Assembly: GCA_963749075.1 (NCBI GenBank) | Contig: CAVVLJ010000020.1 | Span: 512,001-576,000 of the forward strand | Length of the DNA: 64,000 nt | Source: an uncultured Pseudomonadota bacterium | GTDB taxonomy: Bacteria > Pseudomonadota > Alphaproteobacteria > JACZXZ01 | Reading direction: 5' to 3' | In this document: piece after piece, positions 9,822 to 21,942 of the stretch | How the letters are laid out: each line of letters begins with the position of its first letter | Position numbering within the stretch: position 1 is the stretch's first letter | Made by a program: the position numbers and the translations under genes | The notes under the pieces: generated by a model | The model's input: only the letters and a program-made list of their open reading frames with translations | What the model was told of the DNA's origin: nothing | The model's database searches: none

Positions 9822-11150
9822 CTACAGCCCCTCCTGGGGTGCGAGGCGCGTGCCGTCGGTCATGCGCGAATAGCGGAAGGGCTCCGGGTCGACGAGCGGC
9901 GGGTCGCCGGCCACGAGCTCGGCCGCGAGCCTTCCTGCCGCCGGTCCGATGCCGAAGCCGTGGCCGCTGAAGCCGGTCGCGATAAAGAAGCCGGGGAGCG
10001 CCTCCACCGGCGAGATCACCGGCACCGCGTCGGGCGTCGCGTCGATCATGCCGGCCCAGGTCTCCGCCACCTTGACCTCGCCGAGCGCCGGATAGGCCGT
10101 CTTGACGTTGGCAAGTGCGGCCTGGAGCACGCCCATATCCGGCAGCGGGTCGAGCACGCGCTCCGCCTCGAAGGGCGAGGGCCGGTCGAGCGCCCAGCTG
10201 CCGGGCGTGGCGAGCGCCTTGAAGAAGGCGGCGCCGAAGCGCACCTTGATCCCCATGCTGCCCTGGGCATAGGCGGGCCAGAACGCGGGCAAGTAGCGCA
10301 AGGCGTCGAGCGTGAGATCGAAGCTCGCCGCGCCGCGCATGCCGACCGTATAGCCGCCGTCGAGGCGGCGGCGCATGCCGAAGCCGGGGGCGCTCAGCGG
10401 GGCGCTCAGGACCTCGGGCGCCGGCTCGGTGCGCAGCACCGAGGCGCGCACGGCGAGCTGCTTGAGATCGAGGCCGTGGCGGCGGCAGAAGAGGCGCGAC
10501 CAGGCGCCCGCGGCGCACAGCACGGCGCTGGTGCGGATGACGCCCGCCTCGGTCACCACCGCGGCGACGGCGCCCCCCTCGGTCTCGAGCCCGCGCGCGG
10601 CGCAATTCTGGTGCAGCGTCACGCCGAGCTTGCGCGCGGCCTCGGCGATCGCGGGTGCCGCCTTGGCCGGCTCGGCGCGGCCGTCGCTCGGCGTATGCAG
10701 GCCGGCCAGCCATTTCTCCTCGCAGCCCGGCATCATGGCCGCTGTCTCGGCAGCGCTCAGGAGCCGCGTGTGGAGCTGGTATTGCCTTGCGTGCTCGAGC
10801 CAGCGCTCCCAGCGCGCCAGCTCGGCCGGGTCCTTGGTGACGTAGAGGAGGCCGCTGCGGCGGAAGCCGGTGTCGGCGCCGATCTCCTCGTTGAGGCCGC
10901 CCCAGATCGCAAGACTCTCTTTGACGAGCGCGATCTCGCGCGTGTCGCGCATCTGCTGGCGGCACCAGCCCCAATTGCGGCTCGACTGCTCGCCGCCGAC
11001 GCGGCCCTTCTCGATGAGGGCTACCGAATGGCCCTTCTTGGCGAGAAAATAAGCGGCCGAGCAGCCGATGATGCCGCCGCCGATGACGACCACGCCGGCG
11101 GAGGCAGGCAGCTTGCCGTCGCTTCGCACGGCATCGACGGGTGGAGACAT
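9822..11150 (-). CDS. FAD-binding oxidoreductase, D-amino acid oxidase/dehydrogenase family
   Basis: VVIGGGIIG, GEQSSRNWGWCRQQ, WAGMIDATPD, ATGFSGHGFGIGP. Confidence 0.9.
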   Translation of the reverse strand: MSPPVDAVRSDGKLPASAGVVVIGGGIIGCSAAYFLAKKGHSVALIEKGRVGGEQSSRNWGWCRQQMRDTREIALVKESLAIWGGLNEEIGADTGFRRSGLLYVTKDPAELARWERWLEHARQYQLHTRLLSAAETAAMMPGCEEKWLAGLHTPSDGRAEPAKAAPAIAEAARKLGVTLHQNCAARGLETEGGAVAAVVTEAGVIRTSAVLCAAGAWSRLFCRRHGLDLKQLAVRASVLRTEPAPEVLSAPLSAPGFGMRRRLDGGYTVGMRGAASFDLTLDALRYLPAFWPAYAQGSMGIKVRFGAAFFKALATPGSWALDRPSPFEAERVLDPLPDMGVLQAALANVKTAYPALGEVKVAETWAGMIDATPDAVPVISPVEALPGFFIATGFSGHGFGIGPAAGRLAAELVAGDPPLVDPEPFRYSRMTDGTRLAPQEGL

Positions 11151-11495
11151 GTCGGGGCTCCTGTGAGCGGGAGGCGGAAAAGGGCAGCGGCGCCCGCGAT
11201 CTTGGGAACGGGCGCCATGGGCGTCAATGCAATTCGCGTCAAGGAACGTGCCGCGGCGGCGCTGCTTGGCACCCCGCCCCTCTCCTCAACCGGCTGAAAA
11301 CGAATGGCTTTCGCGCCATCGCACGGGATGGCAGCGGGCGGCGCCCGGGCTGAAAAATTGTTAAAATTTGCCCGAATTTTAATTCAATTGCCGCGAGACC
11401 ACGCCGTGCCCGCGCTGTAATCTCATCCCACCGGCCGCCCCAACCTGCCGGCGGGAGCGGTCAATTCGCCAGCATCGCGCGCGGCGATTCTCATT

Positions 11496-11511
11496 ATAAC
11501 CAAATATTAAC
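11496..11511. promoter_or_regulatory. Near-consensus CtrA-type binding site (ATAA-N7-TTAAC)
   Basis: ataa-ccaaata-ttaac, one mismatch from TTAA-N7-TTAAC, in an AT-rich patch upstream of the c-di-GMP gene. Confidence 0.4.
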
Positions 11512-11633
11512 AAAGGTCAGTCAATAATGAGATGATCAGTCTGGGCGGACGCGTGAAAATAGAGCAAAACAATCGACAAGCGAGCCGCGGCGCGGCAGCC
11601 AGCCGAGCCGGCTAAAGCGTGGAACGTAAACCA

Positions 11634-14273
11634 ATGTTGAGCGATAGGGTGGCGCGCATTCGCGGAACTCCGACGAGCCGGCCTAAGGAGGCGCCCTGCG
11701 GCGGCAATGCGCGCGAGGCGGCCGGCAAGACGCGGATCGTCATCATCGACGACCGCGTCACCAACCGGCGCATCATGAGCGAATTGGCCGCGGTGCTCGA
11801 GGAGAACATCACGGTCAAGGCGTTCGACGATCCGCTCGCGGCGCTCGCCTGGGTCGAGGACAACACGCCCGACCTCGTGATCACCGATTACAAGATGCCG
11901 AACATCGACGGCGCCGAGTTCGTGCGCCGCTTCCGCCGTCTGCCGCTCTGCTTCGACGTCCCCGCGGTGGTGGTGACGGTCTACGAGGACCGCGAGTTCC
12001 GCTATCAGGCGCTGGAGGCCGGCGCCACCGACTTTCTCCTCTCGCCCGTCGACCACCACGAGTTCTGGGCGCGCTCGCGCAATCTCCTTGCACTGCGGCG
12101 CCAGCAGCAGATCATCAAGCACCGCGCCTATTCGCTCGAGCGCAAGCTGGCGCAGAGCCATCGCCTCCACGAGGAGACGGTCAAGGAAATCCAGGGCCGG
12201 CTGCGCGCGGTGATCGATGCCGTGCCGGCGATGATCTACGCGACGGATGCCGACCTTCGCCTGGTCTTCCTCAACAGCCACGCCGCGACGTTCTCGGGCG
12301 TCGGGCGCGAGGCCGCGATCGGCGAGAGCGCCGAGGCCGTGTTCGGCGAGAGCTTCGGCCGCATGAGCCAGGCGGCCGATCTGACGCTCTTCACCACCGG
12401 TGAGGCGCCGCCGCCCTTCGAGGAGCAGCTCGTCGACGCCGCCCGGCGCCGGCGCGAGATGCTCACCACCAAGAGCGCCTTGCGCGACGCGGGCGGCCGC
12501 ATCACCCACGCCGTGACCGTCGCCATCGACATCACCGAGCGCAAGGATGCCGAGGCGGCGCGGCGCGAGGGCGAGGAGATGCTGCGCGGCATCGCCGAGC
12601 ATATGCCCGGCACGATCTTCCGCTGCGTGCTGCGGCCGGACGGCTCGATCGCCTACCCCTATATCGGCGCCACGGCCAAGACGATCTACGGCATCGACCC
12701 CGAGGAGGCCGTGCGCGACGGCTCCGCGATGCTCCGCGTCATGCATCCCGAGGACCGCGAGGGCTACATCGCCGCGATGCACCGCTCGGTGGAGAAGCTC
12801 TCCCCCATGGAGTTCGAGGGCCGCTTCATGACGCCGGCGGGCGAGCTCCGCTGGCTCAAGACCATGTCGCGGCCGCGCCGGCTCGAGAGCCGCGACATCA
12901 TCTGGGACGGCGTCATCCTCGACATCACCAACCTCAAGAAGGCCGAGGCGCACCGCGACTACCTCGCCTACCACGACCAGTTGACCGGCCTGCCGAACCA
13001 GAGCCTGTTTCTCGACCGCATGTCGCAGGCCATCACCCAGGCCGAGCGCTCGGGGCGCATCGCCGCCGTGCTCTGCCTCGAGATCGAGACCCTGCGCGAC
13101 ATCCGCGACAGCTGGGGCCTCGTCGCCGCCGACGACATCATCCGCGAGACGGGGAAGCGCCTCAGGGCCACGCTGCGTCCGGGCGATACCATCGCCCATG
13201 TCGGCGGCGGGCAGTTCTATGCGCTGCTCTGCGGCATCAGGAAGATGGCCAACGTAGCCGTGCCGCTGCACAAGCTCGTCGAGGCCTTCGAGCGGCCCTT
13301 CGCACTGCACGGCGACCACATCCACATCAAGGCCGTCATGGGCATCAGCGCCTTCCCGGTCGACGCGCGCGAGCCGGAAGCGCTGATGCGCAATGCCAAT
13401 ACCGCCCTCGACCGCGCCAAGTTCCTGCCCACGCGGCGCTACGAGTTCTACAGCGCGCAGATGACCGAGGGCGCGCTCAGGCGCATGAATCTCGAGGCGG
13501 GCCTGCGCCGCGCGCTCGACGAGGGTCAGATCGAGGTCTTCTATCAGCCGCAGGTCGGCTCGAGCGACTTCGCCATCGTCGGCCTCGAGGCGCTGGCGCG
13601 CTGGCGCCGACCCGGAAACCTGCTCGTCTCGCCCTACGATTTCATCCCCATCGCCGAGCAGACCGGCCTCATCGTGCAGCTCGGCGAGCACGTCCTGCGC
13701 ACGGCCTGCGAGCAGGCGAAGGCCTGGGAGCGCGACGGCCTCAACATTCCCTCCATGTCGGTCAACGTCTCCGGCCGCCAGCTCATGGAGGAGAACTTCG
13801 GCGATCTCGTGCTCTCCGTCCTGGGCAAGACCGGCTTCTCGCCCGTCAGCCTCAAGCTGGAGCTGACCGAGAGCACGATCATCCAGAACGCGGAGGTCGT
13901 CTCCCGCGTGATGCAGCAGCTCAGGAGCGAGGGCGTCACCTTTGCCGTCGACGACTTCGGCATCGAGCACTCGGCGCTGAGCCACCTGTCGCGTCTCAAG
14001 GTCGAGACGCTCAAGGTCGACCTCTCCTTCGTCTCGCAGATGACCGCCGACCCGGCGCACGCGGCCCTGGTGCAGGCCATCGTCTCGATGACGCACGCCA
14101 TGAAGAAGAAGGCCGTCGCCGAAGGGGTGGAGACCCAGGAGCAGCTCGATTACCTGCGCGCCTACCAGTGCGATGCGCTGCAGGGCTACCTGTTCTCGCG
14201 GCCGCTCAGCGCGGACAAGGTCGAGGGCCTGCTGCGCATCGGCACGATCCCGCCGGGCAAGCGGGCGAGTTGA
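11634..14273 (+). CDS. RpfG-like REC - PAS - PAS - degenerate GGDEF - EAL c-di-GMP phosphodiesterase
   Basis: REC (IVIIDD, DLVITDYKMP, GATDFLLSP), two PAS/PAC segments (DITERK, MHPEDRE, DITNLK), AYHDQLTGLPN with GGGQF in place of GGDEF, EAL motifs YQPQ, LEALARW, ELTES, DDFG, AEGVET, QGYLF. Start uncertain (11619-11650). Confidence 0.9.
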   Translation: MLSDRVARIRGTPTSRPKEAPCGGNAREAAGKTRIVIIDDRVTNRRIMSELAAVLEENITVKAFDDPLAALAWVEDNTPDLVITDYKMPNIDGAEFVRRFRRLPLCFDVPAVVVTVYEDREFRYQALEAGATDFLLSPVDHHEFWARSRNLLALRRQQQIIKHRAYSLERKLAQSHRLHEETVKEIQGRLRAVIDAVPAMIYATDADLRLVFLNSHAATFSGVGREAAIGESAEAVFGESFGRMSQAADLTLFTTGEAPPPFEEQLVDAARRRREMLTTKSALRDAGGRITHAVTVAIDITERKDAEAARREGEEMLRGIAEHMPGTIFRCVLRPDGSIAYPYIGATAKTIYGIDPEEAVRDGSAMLRVMHPEDREGYIAAMHRSVEKLSPMEFEGRFMTPAGELRWLKTMSRPRRLESRDIIWDGVILDITNLKKAEAHRDYLAYHDQLTGLPNQSLFLDRMSQAITQAERSGRIAAVLCLEIETLRDIRDSWGLVAADDIIRETGKRLRATLRPGDTIAHVGGGQFYALLCGIRKMANVAVPLHKLVEAFERPFALHGDHIHIKAVMGISAFPVDAREPEALMRNANTALDRAKFLPTRRYEFYSAQMTEGALRRMNLEAGLRRALDEGQIEVFYQPQVGSSDFAIVGLEALARWRRPGNLLVSPYDFIPIAEQTGLIVQLGEHVLRTACEQAKAWERDGLNIPSMSVNVSGRQLMEENFGDLVLSVLGKTGFSPVSLKLELTESTIIQNAEVVSRVMQQLRSEGVTFAVDDFGIEHSALSHLSRLKVETLKVDLSFVSQMTADPAHAALVQAIVSMTHAMKKKAVAEGVETQEQLDYLRAYQCDALQGYLFSRPLSADKVEGLLRIGTIPPGKRAS

Positions 14274-14418
14274 GGCCGGCGCCGCTTGCGCGCCGCAGGG
14301 AGATGGCCAAAGATCGGCGAAAATCCCGGTTGAGTCCTCGCCCCGGTCGTGCGGCCGGGAGCAGTCGCAATAAGCGGAAGGCGGGGCCGCCGCGGCGCGT
14401 TTTGCAGCAGTACTGGCG

Positions 14419-16977
<2,559 letters not shown>

Positions 16978-17059
16978 TCCCGCGCGCCGGCTGCTCCCCC
17001 CGGCGCCGCCGGTCGGCCGCCGGGCGGCGCCCTCGGGGGTGCCGCTCGGCGGGCGTCGC

Positions 17060-18097
17060 TCAGTTGTTGCGCACGAGCGCCGAGACGCGCCGGTCCTGGG
17101 CGGCGGCAAGGCGCTCCATGCGGCGGAGGTCGCTCTCCTCCAAGCTCAAGGCGGCCTCGACCCAGACGTGGGTCACGTCGAGGAGCTCCTCGTAGGGCAC
17201 CGGGTTGACGCGGCGGCGCACGCGGTAGACGGCACGGTGGGCCGTGTGGCGCCGCCCGAACTGGTCGATGTATTCGTAGACCGCGTCGTCGCCCTTGCCG
17301 TCGTCGGCCAGCACGTCGACGAGCCCGAGCTCGTAGAGCTCGTCGGCGCCATAGATGCGGCCGGAGAGGATCATGCGCTCGGCCTGTGCAGCACCTATGC
17401 GCCGCTCGATCAGGCTGTAGGCCCCCATGCCGGGGAAGAGATTGAAGAGCATCTCGGGGAAGCCGAACTTGGCGCTGCGCTCGGCGATCACGAGGTTGCT
17501 CGACAATGCCGCCTCGAAGCCGCCGCCGAGCGCGTCGCCGCGCACGAGCGAGACCGTGATGAGCGGCAGCTCCAGGTTGATCGTGTTGAGATAGACGACG
17601 TCCACGCACGCGGTCGCGTATTCCAAGAGGCGCTCGCGGTCGCGTTTGCGGATGAGCTCCACGAAGAGCTGCAGATCGCCGCCCAGATTGAAGATGCCCG
17701 GAACCTTGGAGGACCACACCATGTAGCGGAAGGGGGCGCCGGCGCCGCCGGGCTGCTCGCGAAAGAGCTGCTGCACCGAGCGCTGCAGCGTGCGGCTCTC
17801 GCGCGCGAGCTCGAGCGTCACGCTCGGCCGCGCCGTCGGGCTCATGAAGCACCAGAGGATCTTGTCTTGATCGTCGAACGTCAGCTCGATCTGGGAAAGA
17901 TTGCCGAGACGCGCCAGCCACTCGTCGCGCGTCTGGCCGGAGATCGCGTCGGGAAGGTTGATCACGTCCGCATGGTCGCCGAGAGCAGCACGGCGATCGA
18001 AGGACGGGGTCGTCGGTCGGGACGTGCCGAAGCGCCCGCGCAAGGCGCCCGGTTCTGTCGTCTTGGCCGTGTCGAGGCTTTGCCCATAGACTCGCAT
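17060..18097 (-). CDS. rpfF: RpfF DSF synthase (crotonase family)
   Basis: SKVPGIFNLGGDLQLF, LVRGDALGGGFEAALS, FGFPEMLFNLFPGMGAYS (both catalytic Glu), WVEAALSL..SDLRRMERL; strong RBS ggaggagg before ATG 18097. Confidence 0.9.
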   Translation of the reverse strand: MRVYGQSLDTAKTTEPGALRGRFGTSRPTTPSFDRRAALGDHADVINLPDAISGQTRDEWLARLGNLSQIELTFDDQDKILWCFMSPTARPSVTLELARESRTLQRSVQQLFREQPGGAGAPFRYMVWSSKVPGIFNLGGDLQLFVELIRKRDRERLLEYATACVDVVYLNTINLELPLITVSLVRGDALGGGFEAALSSNLVIAERSAKFGFPEMLFNLFPGMGAYSLIERRIGAAQAERMILSGRIYGADELYELGLVDVLADDGKGDDAVYEYIDQFGRRHTAHRAVYRVRRRVNPVPYEELLDVTHVWVEAALSLEESDLRRMERLAAAQDRRVSALVRNN

Positions 18098-18431
18098 TGC
18101 AACCTCCTCCTGTTTTTCGCCCGCGTTGCCCTTGCCTGCCGGCCGCGAGCTGCTTGCCCACTCACTATAGCACCGCGCCCGGTCCACGCATCAGGCGGGG
18201 TAATGCCTATAGTGCGGCACAATGTTGCAGTTTTGCATTCGTCGCAGCGCCGTCGCGGCCGCGCTCTCCATCCGCATGCGCGTTCCGCCGTCGGCGCTAT
18301 CTCTAAGCTATTGATAAATATTTATTATTACGACGTCGGGATGACTGGGCCGTGCGGAAAAATGGCGCAGGACCGGCGCTCCCCTGCCGCATCCCGGGCG
18401 GGGAGCCCCCCTTCTCGCGGCCCCTGGCGCC

Positions 18432-18731
18432 TCAGATTTCCCTCTCCTCCGCGCGCGGCGGCGCCCGCCTGGGTTGCGGCTCTGCGTGAGGGGGCTTGCG
18501 GCGGATGATGATGTCGCCCTTGCCGTCGATCGCCGGCAATTCGTAGCGGGGCAGCTGCTGGACCAGCCGCTCGAGCGCCTTCATCAGCTCGCCCGCCGCG
18601 TCGCGCGCCAGCTCCTCGACGCTCTTGGGTGCTGCCTCGTCGTTGCGCGCTTGCGCCAGGGCCGCGGCCGGTGCCGCCAGCAGCGCCGCCGCGGCAAGTG
18701 CCGCGCCTGCCATTGCCCGGAGTCTGCTCAT
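18432..18731 (-). CDS. Small exported hypothetical protein
   Basis: Signal peptide MSRLRAMAGAALAAAALLAAPAAALAQ then ...LPRYELPAIDGKGDIIIRRK; RBS ggagg; follows the asmA-like gene. Confidence 0.7.
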   Translation of the reverse strand: MSRLRAMAGAALAAAALLAAPAAALAQARNDEAAPKSVEELARDAAGELMKALERLVQQLPRYELPAIDGKGDIIIRRKPPHAEPQPRRAPPRAEEREI

Positions 18732-18763
18732 AGGGGCCTCCTCCATTCCCTCGCGCCGCGCCG

Positions 18764-21749
18764 CTATTTCCCGAACAACCCCTTGATGGCGTTGCCGATA
18801 TTCTTCACCGCGGGCGCCTGGCTGCCGCCCGCGGCGCCGCCCGGGATCGGCAGGCCCAGGCCCTTGGCCGCGTTGCCGAGGTTCGCGGGCAGGTTCTTCA
18901 GCCGCGCGGGGTCCTTCATGACCTGCGCGAGGACGGACTTCCAGTCGGCCTGGTAGCTCGGATTGCTCCATGGGCCGGTGATCTTGACCGGAATCGGGAT
19001 GCCGCTGAGCGAGTCACTGCCGCCTTGGCCTTGGGTTGAGGCTACGAGCGTGGCCTCGACGGTGTAGTCGAGCGTGCGCGGCGGGAAGGGAACGGTCCCC
19101 TTGCCGGTGAGGCGCACGAGCGGCGCCAGCATCTTGAGATCGCCGTTGCTCAGCACGCCGGCCTTCATCGCGAAAGTGCCGCTGAGCTCCGAGAAATCCG
19201 TCTTCTGCGTCTCGGAGCTGCCGAAGCCGAGGCTGCCGGCCTGGCGCAGCATGGCCGGGAGATCGATGCCGTGAATGGCGCCGTTGGTGATCTTGAACTG
19301 GCCCTTGCCTTGAAGCGTGCCGACGAGCTCCTTCTCGCTCCGCCCGCTGCCTGCCACGCTCATCTCGTAATCCGTGGTGCCGGAGAGCCGGCTGCTGCCG
19401 GCGAAGGTCTTGAGGAGCGGCTCTGCCTCTACGCCGGCGACGGTCGCCTGATAGGCGAGCTTCGGCACCGCGCCCGTGGCATCGAGCGACACCTTGGCGC
19501 CGATCGTGCCCTTGGCAAGGGCGAGCTTGCCGATCGTTACGGTAAGCACCTTGTTGGCGAGCGTGGTCTTGATCTCGCCCTCGGTGATGTCGAGATCGCG
19601 GTAGTGCGTCGAGGCGAGCTCGATGGTGAGATCGCCGTTGCCGTCCGCCAGCGAGGCGAGGTCGTAGGGCTCGGCGCTCCAGCCCGCGGCCGGTGCTGCC
19701 GCAGGTGCTGCGCCCTTGGCGCCGGGCGCGGCCGCCTGGCCCGTGCTGGACGGCAGGTAGGCGTTGAGATCCGCCTGCTGGACGCTGAGCTTGCCGGTAA
19801 AGGTGGGAACCTTCTGCGAGCCGTCGAGCTGCATCGCGGCCGTGACCTTGATCGCCTTGCCGGTGATCGAGGCGTCCTTGAGCGTGAGCTTGGCGCCGTC
19901 GCTCGCGAGCGTCGCATGGATCTTGAGCGGCCCGGGGTCCGGCTGCTTGGGGTCGAGCGGGTTGTCGAGCCAGGCCGCGAGCTTGGCGACGGAGGCTACG
20001 TCGACGTCGAAGGTGCCGTCGATGCCCGGCACCGGCTGCTTGAGCTGCACCTCGCCCGCGTAGTTGAGCGAGGCGAGCGCCGAGGCGAGGGCGATCTTGG
20101 CCGGGAAGCGCTCGCCCGCGAACATCTTCTGCAGCGGGCCGAGCGTGGCGTCCGTCGTCACCGCCTGGCCGTTGTAGTTGAGGCTGGCCTTGAGCGTCGG
20201 CTGCTTATCGAGGCCCGGAAGATCGACCTCGAGCTTGAGGCCGGAGATGGCGTGGGCAGCCGCCTCCTTGACGTTGACGCCGCCGAGGTCGAGCGCCAGC
20301 TTGCCGCTCAGGCCCGCGAAGAGGGCGCGCGGGGTGGTCCCCCGGGCCGCGGCGTCGAGGGTTGCCGAGACGGCGCCGCTCGCGGGCGTGCCTGCGAGGG
20401 CCGCCAGCTTGTCGACCGTCACGTGGTCGATCTTCATGCTGGCGGCGAGCGCCAGAGCATTCTGCGTGGCGTCGAGCTTCACGCCGCCCTTGACGCTGCC
20501 GCCGTAAAGCTGCAGATCGGCGAGCTCCGCATCGAGCACGCCGCCCTTCGCCGTGGCGCTCAAGGCCGTGTTGCCGAGCACGTAGCCCATGGCCTTGACG
20601 CCGGTCAGCGTCACCTTCACGTCGGCATCGATCTTGCGCAGTGCCTCGAGGTCGAACGGCTTGTCGGAGAGCGCTGCCGCCAGGCTTTTCCCCGGCGGTG
20701 CTGCGATCCCCGGCGCTGCCGCCGCGGCCTTGGGCGGCGGCGGCAGGTAGCGGTCGAGGTCGAGCATCGAGCTGTCGACGGCAAGCGAGAGCTTGGTCAC
20801 CGGGCCGCTCTCGTCCAGGCTCCCGCTGGCGCTCGCCTTGAGCGCCGTGCCTTGGAGCGTGGCCTCCTTGAGCGCCGACGTGCTGCCGTTCGAGGCGAAG
20901 ACGGCGTGGATCGTGACGGGCCCCGGATCGGCTTGCGCCTTGTCGAGCGGGCGGTGGAGCCAAGCCATGAGCCGGCCGACCGAAGGCACGCTCAAATCGA
21001 AGGTGCCGTCGAGGCCGGGCACCGGGCGCTGCTGCGCGCCGCCGTCGAATTTCGCCGTGAGCTCTTTCGTCGTCACCGCCAGCTTCACCTTGGCCTGCTG
21101 GCCTTGCGAGAGGCGGGCGAGGGAGTCAAGCGAGGCATCGAGCGTGAGCGGCTCGTCGTTGAGCGTCATGCTGCCTTTGAGCGTCATCGGGCTGGAGACC
21201 GCGGCCATCGCCGCGTCGAGCGAGACGTTCTTGGCCTCGATGGTCTGGCCGGTGGTGGCGTCGCTGTAGGCGACATGCCCGCCCGCGATCTTCACGTCGC
21301 CGAGACTGAGCCCTCCCAACCCTCCGCCGGAGGGCGCCGCTCCCGCTGCCGCCGGAGCCGCCCCGCTCGCGCCCGCGAAGCGCCAATTGGGCGTGCCGGC
21401 CTTGTTCACCTCAAGCGTGAGCGACGCATTCGTGACGGTGAGCTGGTCGATGACGAGGCGGCCGCCGATGAGCGGCCAAAGCTCAGCCTCGAGCGAGAGA
21501 TCGCCGATCGACAGCATCTCGGGCGCCGTCATGCCGGGTGCGTTGGCGAGGTGGACGCCTGCCGCACTCACGCGCAGCTCGGGCAAGCAGCGACAGGCTC
21601 AGCGCGCCGTCGATGCGCAGCTCGCGGCCGGTCGCCTGCCGCACGCTCGAAATGATCCACGGCTTGAAGTCGATGACGCTGGGGGCTGCGAAGACGGCTG
21701 CGACCAGAAGGACGATGACGCCGACAATGACGAGCGCCAGTTTTTTCAT
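18764..21749 (-). pseudogene. AsmA family protein with internally duplicated domain, interrupted by a +1 frameshift near 21586 (pseudogene or sequencing error)
   Basis: ORF 21483..21749 gives the AsmA N-terminus (MKKLALVIVG...QATGRELRIDGALSLSL) and ORF 18764..21586 continues LPELRVSAAGVHLAN...TDFSELSGTF..IPIPVKITGPWSNP; junction ctg-c-ttg-ccc has one extra base. Confidence 0.8.
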
Positions 21750-21942
21750 GGTGTCCCGCCTTTCGTGCCGTTCTTGTCGTGCGCGCCGGGGCGCCCCGAG
21801 AGAGGCTCGCCCGGCCCTTTACTATATACGCTCGCCCCCTCGGCTCGCCAGGGGCCGTGGCCGGCGCGAACTCCGTCAAGCAGGCTGCGGCCGCGCCGGC
21901 GGATCGCGTAGGATGCGGCTCACGGGCGAGGGCGGAGGGATC

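Noticed and set aside
21580-21595. Programmed frameshift or phase variation in the asmA-like gene
   Set aside because: No slippery heptamer or homopolymer run at the junction.
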